NCBI GenBank assembly: GCA_025558095.1
Contig: JAIVFI010000007.1
Location: forward strand, 62,001 to 126,000
Length of the DNA: 64,000 nt
Source of the DNA: Hyaloraphidium curvatum SAG 235-1
Taxonomy: Eukaryota > Fungi > Monoblepharomycota
Direction of reading: 5' to 3'
In this document: in pieces, positions 45,971 to 57,302 of the stretch
Layout: each line of letters begins with the position of its first letter
Position numbering within the stretch: position 1 is the stretch's first letter
Position numbers and translations under genes: made by a program
Notes under the pieces: generated by a model
Told to the model about the DNA's origin: nothing
The model's input: only the letters and a program-made list of their open reading frames with translations
Database searches by the model: none

Positions 45971-47758
45971 TCACGACACAACGGCCACCGGATCGGTGTT
46001 CCTGCCGACGACAACCTCCAGCTCCCACCCGGCGACGGCGACGTGGTCCCGCACCCGCGCAAACGCCTGCCTCGTCCCGTCCGCCGGCTGCAGCTCGCTT
46101 CTGAGCACCGCCCGCCTTCCTTCCCGCCCGATCGCCGAGGCGAGGCACTCGAAGTGCCACAGCCGGAACCCGCCGACGCACCACAGCTCGAGCCGGTCGA
46201 GGTCCATGGCCCCCGCGTGCACCAGCGCGGTCCGATCGATGTCCAGGTTGGTCATGACCAGCGTCCGCAGCTGCCGCACGATCGCGGGGTGCGCCGCAAG
46301 CCGCGCGATGGAGCGGCTGTCCAGGCCGACGCTGGATCCCGGGCCGCCGCCCGAAAGGAGCAGCGCCCTGAGCTCCGGGAACGGCAGCGGCGGAAGCGTG
46401 TCCGGCGTCCCCTTCCCGCATGCCGATTCCTGTTCCGCGGGAGACATCCCGGTCAATATGTCCACGACGCCACCGTCCAGTCCAGGCAGCTCGATCTCGA
46501 GAACCTCCAACCTCCCCGCAGCAGCGCGGAGCAACTCGCCCCCCACGTCAACTACCTTGCCCATCCCGCGGCGCTGCCACCACGCCGGCGTCGGGTATGT
46601 GTCCTCGGACCAGCCGCCCCAGGCGCCCTCGGGAACGGGCACATGGCCGAGCATCGAGCGACGCGGAGTCCGGTGCTTCACCCGCAACACTGCGAGGGAG
46701 GGGCAGAGAGCGATGAGAGCCGGGAGATCAATGTGCAGGGGCGCAGATGGATGCGTGCTGTCCGGAATGACGAGAGAGAGGGATGCCAATTGAGGGAAGA
46801 GGACGGTGAGAGACTTGAAAGAAAGCGGGTGGGAAGGCCCGGCCGGGATATCGGGGAGCACGAGCTGGGTGAGCGTTGGGGCAACAAAACACAGCAGTTC
46901 AGGGAGCGCCGAATGAGGGTACCGCCATCCGCCGGAAATGAGCAGGTGAGTTAGCGGAGGAGGGGTCGGCTTGAGGGAGGGATCTGGAAACGCCCTCGAA
47001 GGCAATGGCGTGTCGGAAACGTCATCCTCCACCCCATCCTGCGCGTCCAGATCCATTTCATCGCCCGAATCGCCAGCTTCAAGCAACCACCGGTCGAAAT
47101 CCTCCTCCGTCATCCGTCCGGGCCGCCCCGCGGCCTCGCCGTGTTCGGGTTGCGTGCCCGGCTGCCCGCCGAACACAAGGAGCTCCACAAAAGCCGACGT
47201 GAGCACGGGTACCGCGGAAGGGTCCGGCGACGGGCACATCAGCTTCACCCGGTTCAACCCGGCGCCGTTGGTGGCGGCCGCGGCACCGAGCCGCCCGAAC
47301 AACCCCGCCAGCGCCTCCTCCAGGCACGAAGCGCAGCACCAGTTGTCGTGGACGACGACGGCGATGTTCTTGACGTGGCAAGCATAGTAGCACGCGTCCT
47401 CGGGGCCATTATGGCGCAGGTCCGGGCGGAAGGCCGTCTTTGCGTGCCGTCCGGCCTCGGTCTCGGCTCCCGGGCGCGATTCGAGGACGAAATCCCGGTA
47501 GACGAGGGGCACCGCGAGTCGCATCATGCCCTTGGAAGTTCGCATGACGGCAAACAGGTCGCGCAGGCCCGTCGGACGGCCCGAAAGGGCGCGTGGCGCC
47601 GACGGGACGAGCGCGTCCGCCGAGAATGAATACAGGGGCGGGGGCGGCTCCGCCCCCGGCGCGGAGGAGTTGGCAAAGTGAAGTTCATCTTCCGGGGGTC
47701 GTTGGGGCAGGAGGTGGGATAGAATGGCCGTAATCAGCTCCGAAGGCAGGTCGTCCAT
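45971..47758 (-). CDS. F-box / LRR-like (RNI-like) protein
   Basis: MDDLPSELITAILSHLL; LxxLxL repeats (LTHLLI, LTQLVL, LASLSL, LAVLRV, LEVLEI, LRALLL, LRTLVM). Confidence 0.75.
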   Translation of the reverse strand: MDDLPSELITAILSHLLPQRPPEDELHFANSSAPGAEPPPPLYSFSADALVPSAPRALSGRPTGLRDLFAVMRTSKGMMRLAVPLVYRDFVLESRPGAETEAGRHAKTAFRPDLRHNGPEDACYYACHVKNIAVVVHDNWCCASCLEEALAGLFGRLGAAAATNGAGLNRVKLMCPSPDPSAVPVLTSAFVELLVFGGQPGTQPEHGEAAGRPGRMTEEDFDRWLLEAGDSGDEMDLDAQDGVEDDVSDTPLPSRAFPDPSLKPTPPPLTHLLISGGWRYPHSALPELLCFVAPTLTQLVLPDIPAGPSHPLSFKSLTVLFPQLASLSLVIPDSTHPSAPLHIDLPALIALCPSLAVLRVKHRTPRRSMLGHVPVPEGAWGGWSEDTYPTPAWWQRRGMGKVVDVGGELLRAAAGRLEVLEIELPGLDGGVVDILTGMSPAEQESACGKGTPDTLPPLPFPELRALLLSGGGPGSSVGLDSRSIARLAAHPAIVRQLRTLVMTNLDIDRTALVHAGAMDLDRLELWCVGGFRLWHFECLASAIGREGRRAVLRSELQPADGTRQAFARVRDHVAVAGWELEVVVGRNTDPVAVVS

Positions 47759-47938
47759 GTCTTGTTGAGTTGCTTGACGTTCCCGTTGCCCTCTCGCTTC
47801 ATGCATCTGTAGTCGCTTCAGAAGCCGATTGAGTGCTCACAGGATGCTATGTATGTCGTCTACGACGCAGAGGTTACAGACAAAGCAGGCAGAACTAGAA
47901 AACACCCGGCAAATGCCTCTCTCACACGGGGAAACTGG

Positions 47939-48817
47939 TCAGACAGACAGCAAGCTCCCGTGAGACGCCCCCGCATCCTCGGCCCAGTGCGCGATCATCC
48001 GCGCGAAATCCTCCGATTCATCCCCGCGCCACACCATCAGGGAAGGGGCGTGGGAAGGCACGGCCATGACCGACGAGGCGGGCGGCGGCAGGAGTCCCTG
48101 TGCAGGTAGCGCAGCCGGTGATGGGGCCGGGGATTCACCGGGCCGCGATCCGGATTCCGGATCGACATCGGCAGTGTGCTGCGAGGATGCGGTCGAATGT
48201 CCCCGGGAATCCCCGGCGGGATTCGCGGCCTCCGGATCGCGAGAATCGACGGTGGCGCCCAGCAGCATCGCCGCGTCGTCTTCCGACGCCACAATCGTGT
48301 CCGCCGTCGATTCCCGGATGGCATCCCGATTTATCTTTTCCACCGAAGCTAGGATCGGCAGCAGGCCGAGCGGTCCGGGCTCCGGATCGGGCTCGTCGTC
48401 GAGGAGCAGGTGGTCCAGGCCCAGCCCCCGCGGCTCGTCCACGGCGGGCACGACGACCGCCGCCTCGATGACGAATTCCTTCATCTGGGCCGCCGAGCGC
48501 CGCCTCGTGCCGAATTCGGCGTCGGCCGGGAGCGGCGGCAGTGGGGGAAGAGGTTTGTCCATCGGCGAAACCGGCATCGAGTATGGGCGCTGCAGAACGT
48601 CCGACATCCCGGGTGGGCGTCTGGCCGTGGGTGAATCGACCGTAAACGACCGCGATGTCGCCAACAGGGACAGATCGGAGCGGTGCGAGGGCCCCAGGAC
48701 GCCGTCGTCGGCGACGGCCATCGAGTTGCGCACGAGCGTGTCCCTGCCCGAAGCCTCTCGCCGCCGCCCAGAAAAGAGCGACATCATTCGCGTGAGTCCG
48801 CCGCCGCCGAGGGGCAT
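47939..48817 (-). CDS. Hypothetical, largely disordered Ser/Pro-rich protein
   Basis: 292-aa ORF with an ATG start; DKPLPPLP SH3-ligand-like motif. Confidence 0.5.
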   Translation of the reverse strand: MPLGGGGLTRMMSLFSGRRREASGRDTLVRNSMAVADDGVLGPSHRSDLSLLATSRSFTVDSPTARRPPGMSDVLQRPYSMPVSPMDKPLPPLPPLPADAEFGTRRRSAAQMKEFVIEAAVVVPAVDEPRGLGLDHLLLDDEPDPEPGPLGLLPILASVEKINRDAIRESTADTIVASEDDAAMLLGATVDSRDPEAANPAGDSRGHSTASSQHTADVDPESGSRPGESPAPSPAALPAQGLLPPPASSVMAVPSHAPSLMVWRGDESEDFARMIAHWAEDAGASHGSLLSV

Positions 48818-49261
48818 TGTGCCGGCTGGCGCCCGCGATGGCCGGAGTGCGGGCGGTTCGGTATTTCGCCGATGACGGACGGGCGCGGCGAAGCTGGGGA
48901 GCAGGGGACGCCTCGATCACGATCACGAAATCTTGTCGGCTCGGACGCGATGGAGACTCTTGGGGACCGTTAGAGATCATGGGGCGCTGCCATTCAAGCC
49001 TCCTTCTAGCTGGGAGGGCGAGGGGGAGACATCGGGCCGGTGGAAGATGCTGACGGACACAACAGCAAACTTTATGTGCGGCCACCGCGAACGAAGCAGA
49101 CTCGTCTTCCGCAGCTAAAAAGGAGAACTGATGATCGTGGCATCTTGTCCCCGAGCCTCTGGCCGCGGAAAGGTCTTGCCCGCGCGCTTGCCGATCGCCC
49201 TGGCCGCCGCCAAACACGACGACGCGTCGATCCCAGGCGCGCGAATCCACCGCAACCGGAC

Positions 49262-50720
49262 ATGGCGGCCACTCGGATCCTCATCGTCGGCGCCGGGCTG
49301 TCCGGCCTCAGCGCCGCATCGACGCTCGCGGCGCTGGCGCGGTCCGCGGCGGGGAAGCACCGCCCGTTCGCGGTCACACTCGCGGACAAGGGCCGCTCCG
49401 TCGGCGGCCGTTGTGCCACACGCCGAGTCGGGGAGGCCGTCAGGTTCGACACGGGCGCGCAGCTGTTCCGCATCCGCGACGAGGAGTTCCAGAACGTCGT
49501 CCAGGGATGGGTCGAGGAGGGCACGGTGGACGAGTGGGGCAAGGGCCCGCCGATCGTCGAGGATCTGGCGGGGCTCATGGCGGACTGGGAGGCCGGCAGG
49601 GCACCGCCGGAACCGGGCAGCCAGCCCAAGGAGAGGCTGCCCGACGGGAGCTGCAGGGTCAGCGGGATCGTGGACTCGAACGTCAAGTACTTCGTCAAGG
49701 GGCACGCCGGAATGAACGGCCTCGCCAAGACCTTTGGCGGCTACGCTAGCGAGGGCGGGGCAACGATTTTGACCGGCGTCGAGGTCGGTCCTCCTTTCCC
49801 GGAACGCGCTGGACCAGGATCAGCTGACCGGGCCTCCTGGATCGCTTCTTTGCGTCACCAGATCGACCGATTGGAGGCCTCCGTCGTCGAAACGGGGGCG
49901 AGCGGAAAAACTAAGAAGCCGGCATTCGCGGTCCAGTGGAGCGCGCACGTCAAGTCGAAGCCCGAAGGCGGCGACGTGCCGGACGTGCTTCAGGCGGACG
50001 TGCTCATCGTGACCGCGCCGATGCCGCAGACGATCAGGCTGCTAGACCGCGGCGGCATCACCGAGCACATGGATCAGGTGGCTCGCAGCGCTCCATTCCG
50101 TCGTTTGCTGGGTCTGACTCGGGTTGTCGCAGCGGCTCTTGGAATCCATCAAAGCCGTCACCTACAGCCCGACCCTGGCCTTCCTCCTCCCCTATTCCCC
50201 ATCCTTCCTCTCGTCGCTGGGCCGCACCCCCTTGCCCGCACCGCACTGCTTCGCCGTCCGCGATCCCCGCTCGCCGATCTACTGGGTCGCTTTGCAATCC
50301 CCCCGCCGATCCGGCCATCCGGCCGAGGCCGGCCACCCGGACGGCGCCGTGATCCTGATGAACGCCGACTTTTCGCGGGAGCACTACGAGAAGGACGCCG
50401 GGGAGATCGTGCGCCTCGGGACCGAAGCCCTCGTCGCCGCCGGCATCCCCATCGACTCGGCCGTGGACCTGAAAAAGTGGCGGTACGGTAACATCGCCTC
50501 GGCCGTCGCGGGGAGGAGGTACTCGGTCTCGACGGTCGGGGTGCTGCTGCCCAACGGAACCAAGGCGGGCTTGCCGCTGGTCCTCGCGTCGGACGCCTTC
50601 TCGAGCGATATCAAGGGGTTCGCAGAGCTGGACCCGCAGCTGGGCGTGCAGAGGGCGGTGATGAGCGGGATCGAGGTCGGCAGGTTCATGGCGGGTATGC
50701 TGGGGATCCAGGCACGGTGA
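49262..50720 (+). CDS. Renalase-like FAD/NAD(P)-dependent oxidoreductase (introns 49784-49861, 50078-50132)
   Basis: ILIVGAGLSGLSAA, DKGRSVGGRCATRR, FDTGAQ, GMNGLAK, TAPMPQ, KKWRY, VQRAVMSG. Confidence 0.85.
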
Positions 50721-50767
50721 TGTGACCAACCAAGAAATCTGATTCCTTCGATCCATTCGGGACAGGA

Positions 50768-52864
50768 CTAGAAGTCGTCCTCCGCCCGCCTGCCCACGAT
50801 CGGCCGCCTCACCCTTGCTTCCTCACCGCAATCGGCCGCCCCCGGCCCGCGGCTCCTGTCCACCCTCTTGACCTCGATCCTCTTCCGCACCCCGACCAGG
50901 GTCCCCGCCGCGCTCCGCACCTCGTTCCCGCCCACGTATCCCCTCGCCAGGATCCTCGTGAACCACGAACCCTGGTCCATCGACACGTGCGCGTGGATCA
51001 GGCCCAGCCGGAGGTACAGCACCGCCAGCCCCGCGCGCTCGTCCTCCGACCCGGGCGCCACCACGGGGCACAGCGAATCCAGCGAGCCCTCCTCCCACAG
51101 CAGGTCGCGGCAGTCGAGCAGGTACAGCTTCTCGAGCCCCGGAACCTGGGCGAGCGGGTCGAGGGAGGGCTGCGCGGAGCCTTGGATGACCAGCGTCGAG
51201 GCGCGGGGGAGGGCGGCGAGCGACCAGAGCTTGTCGCCCGGGACGGCCTGCAAGTGGAGGTAGTCCAAGGGGGACAGGCCGGAAAAGAAGGCGGCGAGGT
51301 CGGCGACGGAAATGGTTGCGGAGCAGGTGGCAAGGTCCACGGCGAGGCGCCGCAGGGCGGGGAGGGATTCGGCAGCGAGGAACGGCAGTATCGGGCGGAT
51401 GGGGAAGGAGGCGCTGAGCTGCAAAGATGGGAGGTATGTAGGGGATAAGGCCATGCCGTTGTGGAGGAAGGAAAAGGTGTTGAGGGTCGTAGAGTGAACA
51501 CGGAAGATCGAGGCGAGAAGCTCGGCTGCTTCGTTGGCGCCGGCCAGGGCGCGCTGTGCTGCCGACAGGTTTGCGGGCGGTGCGGGGGCAGCGCTCGCAG
51601 AAATCGCAGTTGAATCTCCATGCGGTGCCGGTTCTGCGGCGAGCTCAGTACCCGCTCCTTCATCCATGGCACTTGCAGACTCGGGGACATAGGGCCCCGG
51701 CGCGTAGGCCTCGTAGAAGAAGGACTCCTCTCCGCTCTGCTCAGCGTCACCGGCCTCCGGGGCAGCCAACGGGTTGAGCTTCCATCTCTTGTCCGCTATG
51801 GCAGGGCCCTCGGCATTCGACCTCCGTCGCTTGGTCAGGCTCGAGCTCCATTTCGGCAACCGGTCCGTCGGCCCCGGCGGGCCGGCAACGTGAGGCGGAG
51901 CACGATCAACGTCAATTGTGCATTCTTCGACGACCAGCTTCTCGAGCCAGGGGGTCTCAGGTTGCCCGGGAGGAGGAGTGAGGAGGTCGACCAGATCTCG
52001 CAGAGCGAACCGCGACGAGATGAGGGTCAGAGCAGCCAACTGCGTCGCTGGCTCGTCAGTCCTTCCCCGGTTTCTCCAGCACCATGCTTTAAGCAGAGCC
52101 AAGCTCGTCCTGTTGGCCGCCTCGAACGAAAAGCCGACTAGCGAAAGCTCCCTCAGCGACGCGCATCCCGCCTGCGCCAGTCCGCCAAGCACGGCGGGCA
52201 GCACGGCCGAAGAATCCGCGTCTCTTCCTCCTTCCGCGTGTCTCTCGCGCGCCCGGCTTCGGGTCTTGCTGTGCCTCACCGCAAGCTTGTTCAGCTGCGG
52301 GAGCGACGAAAGGAGCCGCTTCCACACCGGCCCATAAACCCAATCTTCGCCTGCCCAGCCAATGTCCAGCTCCCTCACAAGCCGGTACGCATCTTGGCGG
52401 TAGCGTGGGACAAGCGGGGATGTCAACTGAAAAGTCAAGTTCGGCAACGAGTCCTGGCTCGAGGAGATAAACGTAGGCACGGACGAGTATAGCAGATCGG
52501 AAGCGTGGACGTGCACGCCCGATGACACAAGAAGAAGGGGGTAGAGCAGAGAAGGTGTCGCTTTGCGGAGCTGCGAGGGATCAAGAGAGTCGACTGTGGG
52601 CGACGGGACCGAAGGCAGATCCCGCGGCGTGTTGGAATAGAGAAGGAAGTCCAGGACGTGCCTGATAACCTCGTTCGGCAGGGAGAGGAAGTCGAAGAAC
52701 GTCTTGCCCGTGTCCCAGGTCTGGGCGCCCTTCTGGCTAGGTCGTCCGTTGGCCCCGACCGCGGGGCCGGGATGGGGCACCGCCGGAGCCGGTGTCCGCG
52801 AGGCAAACGCCTCCTCCAGAAGATCATCGTCCTCCTCGCCCGCAACATAGTTCGGATCGTCCAT
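50768..52864 (-). CDS. F-box / LRR-like protein
   Basis: FLSLPNEVIRHVLDFL; repeats VRELDI, LNKLAV, LRELSL, LEKLVV, LRRLAV, LDYLHL, LEKLYL. Confidence 0.75.
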   Translation of the reverse strand: MDDPNYVAGEEDDDLLEEAFASRTPAPAVPHPGPAVGANGRPSQKGAQTWDTGKTFFDFLSLPNEVIRHVLDFLLYSNTPRDLPSVPSPTVDSLDPSQLRKATPSLLYPLLLVSSGVHVHASDLLYSSVPTFISSSQDSLPNLTFQLTSPLVPRYRQDAYRLVRELDIGWAGEDWVYGPVWKRLLSSLPQLNKLAVRHSKTRSRARERHAEGGRDADSSAVLPAVLGGLAQAGCASLRELSLVGFSFEAANRTSLALLKAWCWRNRGRTDEPATQLAALTLISSRFALRDLVDLLTPPPGQPETPWLEKLVVEECTIDVDRAPPHVAGPPGPTDRLPKWSSSLTKRRRSNAEGPAIADKRWKLNPLAAPEAGDAEQSGEESFFYEAYAPGPYVPESASAMDEGAGTELAAEPAPHGDSTAISASAAPAPPANLSAAQRALAGANEAAELLASIFRVHSTTLNTFSFLHNGMALSPTYLPSLQLSASFPIRPILPFLAAESLPALRRLAVDLATCSATISVADLAAFFSGLSPLDYLHLQAVPGDKLWSLAALPRASTLVIQGSAQPSLDPLAQVPGLEKLYLLDCRDLLWEEGSLDSLCPVVAPGSEDERAGLAVLYLRLGLIHAHVSMDQGSWFTRILARGYVGGNEVRSAAGTLVGVRKRIEVKRVDRSRGPGAADCGEEARVRRPIVGRRAEDDF

Positions 52865-53302
52865 CGCAGGCCGGCCGGGCCCGCAGGCGGGCTCCGGAGC
52901 AGACGGATCGATCACCGGCCTGCACCGTGCGGAACCGGCCGCGTCGCTCTATTTACGCGCAATGGGATGGGACCCCCGGGCGGGAGGGAGATCATCGAGC
53001 TGCGCCATTTCCTCGTTTCCGCTCGGCCGCGAAGGAACGTGGTGGCGGCCTTGTCCGGCGGGGTGCCGTGGCGCGGACATCGGGCAGCCGCAACGTCGAC
53101 GCGTTGGAGCAGCCGACCCCGGCTCCATTCCTTCGTCGCGTCGATCTGGAAAGATGCTGTCGCGCATTGTCATTGGCCAGGAACGATACCGACAGCATGG
53201 ACGCGTTCGAGGAACAGATCGGACGACCGGACGCGGAGGTTGTCGTCGTCGACGGCCTCGACGGCCAACGCCAACCTTCCCTTTGCCGGCACGGCACCTA
53301 CC

Positions 53303-54943
53303 ATGCCACTTTCGACCAACACCCGCTTCGTGCCTGTCGAAACGCCGTGGTACGAACCGTGCCGGGTCGCAGCCAAACGACCGGCCAAGCCCCGGCCCTC
53401 GAAGACCGAAGAGAGCCCCTCCGCACCGGCTTCGCAAGAGCTCGAAGGAACTTCTGTCATCATGGAGGATATCTTGTGGCACCTCGACAGCCCAATCAGG
53501 CGGATGCGGGTCCAGGCCATTCGGCGCATCGCCGCCGTCGTCCCATCCGTCGATGAGGCCCTGGTGGATTGGGCTCTCACGGCACCGGGGGACTGGCAGG
53601 TCAGGAATTCGGAGGACAACGAGCGGCTCGAGTTCCTAGGAGATGCGGTCCTGGAGGTGGTCGTCACGGAAACTGTCCACCGCGCCTTCCCTCGCAAGAA
53701 AACCGGATCTCTGCAGCGGGTGGTGGGCCACGTGGTGTCGAACCGGTCTTTGAAAGTGATTTCCCGGGCACTTGAGCTCCATGGGGGTTTGATCTCTGGC
53801 AAGAAGAGGGCCGGAGACGCCGTCGAAGCGCTGGTGGCGGCTGCATACGCCGGTGGGGGTTTCCCGGCAGCGCGGGAGGTCGTCGCTAGGCTCTTTGATC
53901 CGCTCATCGTGGAAGGCGCCGAGATGAAGCTGGTTGGCCTTGACTGGAACGGGATGCTCTTCCGAATTGCGCGTGAACTTGGCGTCGGCGGCATTTCGAT
54001 CGCTGTTCACGATGGCGCCGGCTCCAAGGTCCAGTGCACCATCACCGCCGCCAACGAGAGCCTCCCTTTAGGCGAAGCTATGGCAAAAACGCGTTGGACC
54101 GCCGAGCGGCAGGCGTCCGCGCTCGCCTACCTTGCGCTGTCGAGGAGGAAACCCTGGTGGCCTTGGGAGGCAGCACGTGGTGGTTCCCTTGCCGACCCCC
54201 CGACTCAACCGGCACCAAAGCCGTGGCGCAATGGGAACTCCGCCTTCAGCATCATTTCTCTACTCCAGCGGCTACGCACTGCTCTGGCGCCGATCAACCG
54301 GCAACGTCCGCCTCCGTTCCATCGACGAGATGGATCTAGATGGCCGCAGGCCCGGGGATTGGACTTTGGAAGCATCATGGGCGGCAGTGTGATGCGGTTC
54401 GTTGTCGCCGATACCCTGTTCAGGGCTTTTCCTACGAAAGGACCGGGTTTCATGACCGATGTTCGCCATGATGCCCTTTCAGACTCGTCTATTGAGCGCG
54501 CAGTGCCGCATTTTGCCCGTCTGAAGAGCCGGGGCTTGGAGGTTCTCAATCACAGGGGACTGAAAGTGGCTGTTGCTCAAACCTACGTGTCGGAGGGCAT
54601 TGAAAAGGCGGCCGTTCTTGTCGGACAGGCGTTTGATCCCATGGTTGCCGAAGGGGTGGAAACGAGACTGGTCGTGGACTGGAAAGAGCGTCTTTCGAAG
54701 CTCGAGGCCAGGGACGGTGTGCTGGACCTGGCGATCACCAACGAAGTCTGCAGCGTGTTTGGCGAGACCAGCTTCTTGTGCAGGGTGACGGTGCCGAGCC
54801 GGAACGTTTCGGTGGAAGCCGTGCAGGCCACGCTGGCGGATGCGGAGCGGAGAGCGGCTGCTTTGGCGTACCTGGCCCTGGCGAGGACGGCGAATTGGAA
54901 GTCGGTCTCGATGATTGCTGATCGTGTTGCTAACATCCGCTAA
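53303..54943 (+). CDS. Ribonuclease III with tandem (RNase III-dsRBD)x2 architecture
   Basis: NERLEFLGDAVL signature (53618-53647) and GDAVEAL, then dsRBD; second degenerate unit LDFGSIMGGSVM..HRGLKVA plus dsRBD. Start uncertain (53303 or 53462). Confidence 0.85.
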   Translation: MPLSTNTRFVPVETPWYEPCRVAAKRPAKPRPSKTEESPSAPASQELEGTSVIMEDILWHLDSPIRRMRVQAIRRIAAVVPSVDEALVDWALTAPGDWQVRNSEDNERLEFLGDAVLEVVVTETVHRAFPRKKTGSLQRVVGHVVSNRSLKVISRALELHGGLISGKKRAGDAVEALVAAAYAGGGFPAAREVVARLFDPLIVEGAEMKLVGLDWNGMLFRIARELGVGGISIAVHDGAGSKVQCTITAANESLPLGEAMAKTRWTAERQASALAYLALSRRKPWWPWEAARGGSLADPPTQPAPKPWRNGNSAFSIISLLQRLRTALAPINRQRPPPFHRRDGSRWPQARGLDFGSIMGGSVMRFVVADTLFRAFPTKGPGFMTDVRHDALSDSSIERAVPHFARLKSRGLEVLNHRGLKVAVAQTYVSEGIEKAAVLVGQAFDPMVAEGVETRLVVDWKERLSKLEARDGVLDLAITNEVCSVFGETSFLCRVTVPSRNVSVEAVQATLADAERRAAALAYLALARTANWKSVSMIADRVANIR

Positions 54944-55001
54944 TGGTATTGCGGTTCTCGGCTAGTCCTCGCCGCTGCCCGTCCGGTGATGGGTATTTCT
55001 G

Positions 55002-56910
55002 CTACTCCTCGCCGCTGCTTTCCTCGCTTTCCGATCCGCTCGCCCCCATCCCGGCCCCGGCGCCCGCCAAGAAGTCCAAGAACTGCGGTCCGTGCATTTC
55101 CAGCAGGTTCTGCAGCGCCAGCTGGAAACCGAGCGAGCCCGGGCCGAATTCCCCGTACTCCTCGTCTTCGTCGGATTCCTCGTCAGACTCGTAATCCTCA
55201 TCCGAGTAGTAGCTGTAGCCGCTGTCATCCCCGTACGAGTAATTCTCCGAATCGAGCTCGTCCTCGCATTCGACCACCTCCCACTTGCCGATTCCCGTGC
55301 AGGTGACCGACTCGTCCATCAGAAAGATCCTGACAACCTCCAGGGGCCCGCCGCGGTCCCCGTTCCGCGCCGTCCAGAAGCGCTCCACTGCCGCCCTGAC
55401 CTCGTCGCCGAACTCTTCGTAGTCAATGTCGTACGCCCAGAGGTCGAGGTGCTTGAGTGCGGGCGCCAGCGTCGGGTCGGACATCACCTCGAGCAGCCGG
55501 AACGCCGCCTCGCGGAGCTCCGTTTCGTCGAGCCCGTCAGGGTCTTCCACCCCGGGAACGTGCAGCCTGAGCCTCTCCAGGTTGGTGAACCGGTCGAGCG
55601 CGGCCATGCGGATGCCGTGCGCCAAACGGTGGGCCCAGCGCCAGTCTCCGGCCACACTGAGCTCGACGAGATTGGGGAAGGCGTCGTGGATGCGGCGGAC
55701 GTCGAGGTCCCACACGCGGCCCGTGTAGTACGTGGTCCCGCCGAGGTGCAGGTGCCGCAGCGACGGCAAAGTTACGACCGACGGAGAGCCGATGTCAAAG
55801 AGGTCGCCCATGTTCCACGGGCAGTCCCTCATTCGCAGCGAGAGAGACTGCAAGCGGGGGCAGAGGGTGCCCAGCTTTCGGACCAAGCGGTTGATGTTCT
55901 GCTTCGGAGGTCCGTCCTCGCCGTGCCGCACCATCGAAAATTCAAAGACCAGCTCCTCGAGGTGGGGCATGGGAACAGTCAGGAGGCTGTTGAGCTCGCC
56001 GGCGCGGAGGTCCGAAAGCAGGCTGCCTTCATCCGAAATGATCAGCATCTCAAGGTTGCGCGCGTGCTTGACCGCGGCCCGCAGCAGCTCGGCGCTTCCG
56101 GCAAAGTGGCCGTGCGGGAACACAAGCTTGCAGCTCCTGATGCTCTTGACGCCGAGCGCCTTGGCTTCCTCGTCGACGGCCTTCATCACTGCGATTTGCG
56201 CGCGAAGCGTGCTGGAGCAGCAGAGCGCGAAATGGATGCTGACCCAGAGGGAGGGATTGACCGCCAGCCGGGAAAAGGCGCGCGACACGGAGCGAAGTCG
56301 GGCCAGCTTGCTGCACGGGAGGTGGCCAAGGATCTTGAGCACAAGCTCCGTGGGCAGGTCGCCGAACACGCCGAGGGTCCCGAAAGTAGGCCCCGAGCTC
56401 GTCTTCGGGGCTGCCTTGCCACGTCGTTCCGGCTTGCGTCCCGCGGAAGGACCGGGTTTCGAGCCAGCGGCAGGCCGAGGTTTGCCGAGCGCAGGCACTG
56501 GGGCGGGCACGGCCGGGGCAGGCGGTGCGCCCGAACCCCCGGCAACGGCGTCGACTTCCGCCCGCCCGAGGAGTCCCGGGTTGCTGGAAGATATCCAAGT
56601 CAGCCAAAACTTCGGCCGGGCACGGATCTTCCGCTCGACCTTTCCAGGTGCTCGGTCACGATCCTCGCCATTTCCGCCTCGGATCTCCACCAGCCCCGCA
56701 GCCTGAACCGTTTCAGCAGCGAGCGGAGCTCATTCCGGTTGAGCTTCGGTGTCGTCGTTCGGGAAAAGGCGGCGAAACGTGTCAGGACGCGCGACGGAGT
56801 TCCCCGGTGACGGCGGGCCCCACCTCGGACAGCGGCCTTCCGCCCGCGGAAATGGCTCCCGACTGGACGTCCTGCGCCAATGCAAGGCTGTTTGACGCCT
56901 TTGGCGGCAT
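55002..56910 (-). CDS. F-box/LRR protein with N-terminal SAP/HeH-like helix pair and acidic tail (proposed introns 56744-56823, 56584-56639)
   Basis: FGDLPTELVLKILGHLPCSKLARLRSVSRAF..LW; LRRs. Spliced N-terminus MPPKAS..LSE|LNRNELRSLLKRFRLRGWWRSEAEMARIVTEHL. Confidence 0.75.
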
Positions 56911-56959
56911 CTTCGGCTCAGAACGTTCGCGAATCGTCTGTCCCCTTCTGAGACGGACG

Positions 56960-57205
56960 CGAAATCGCATCCAGTATCCCGGGATCGTCGGCCGCGATGG
57001 GCAGCCCGTGGACCTCGATGGCCTTTACTCTCGTTTTGTGCGGCGCTTCCGCGAACGGATCGCGGTGGCCTGGGCTCTTGGCGTCGCGGCCCAACTCCAA
57101 CACTGGCTTCAGCTGTGCACCGAAGCCGCCGCTGTCAACGCTCCGGCCCCCGCGCCGGTCGCTTTTGGTTTGAATGTAGATGAGGAGCTGATTCTTGGGG
57201 CGTAG
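56960..57205 (+). mobile_element. Possible 3' remnant of an RLE-type non-LTR retrotransposon ORF
   Basis: SRFVRRFRERIAVAWALGVAAQL resembles the F..QRISVAL..GNA motif that ends restriction-like endonuclease ORFs. No RT and no tail seen. Confidence 0.25.
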
Positions 57206-57302
57206 GGGGATTTCTAAGTGTACGGTGGGATTGCTAGCTCCTCATTACGCACTACGCAAATCGTCATTACTACTAAAATCGTCGTCGATTGCATTTCTGG
57301 GA

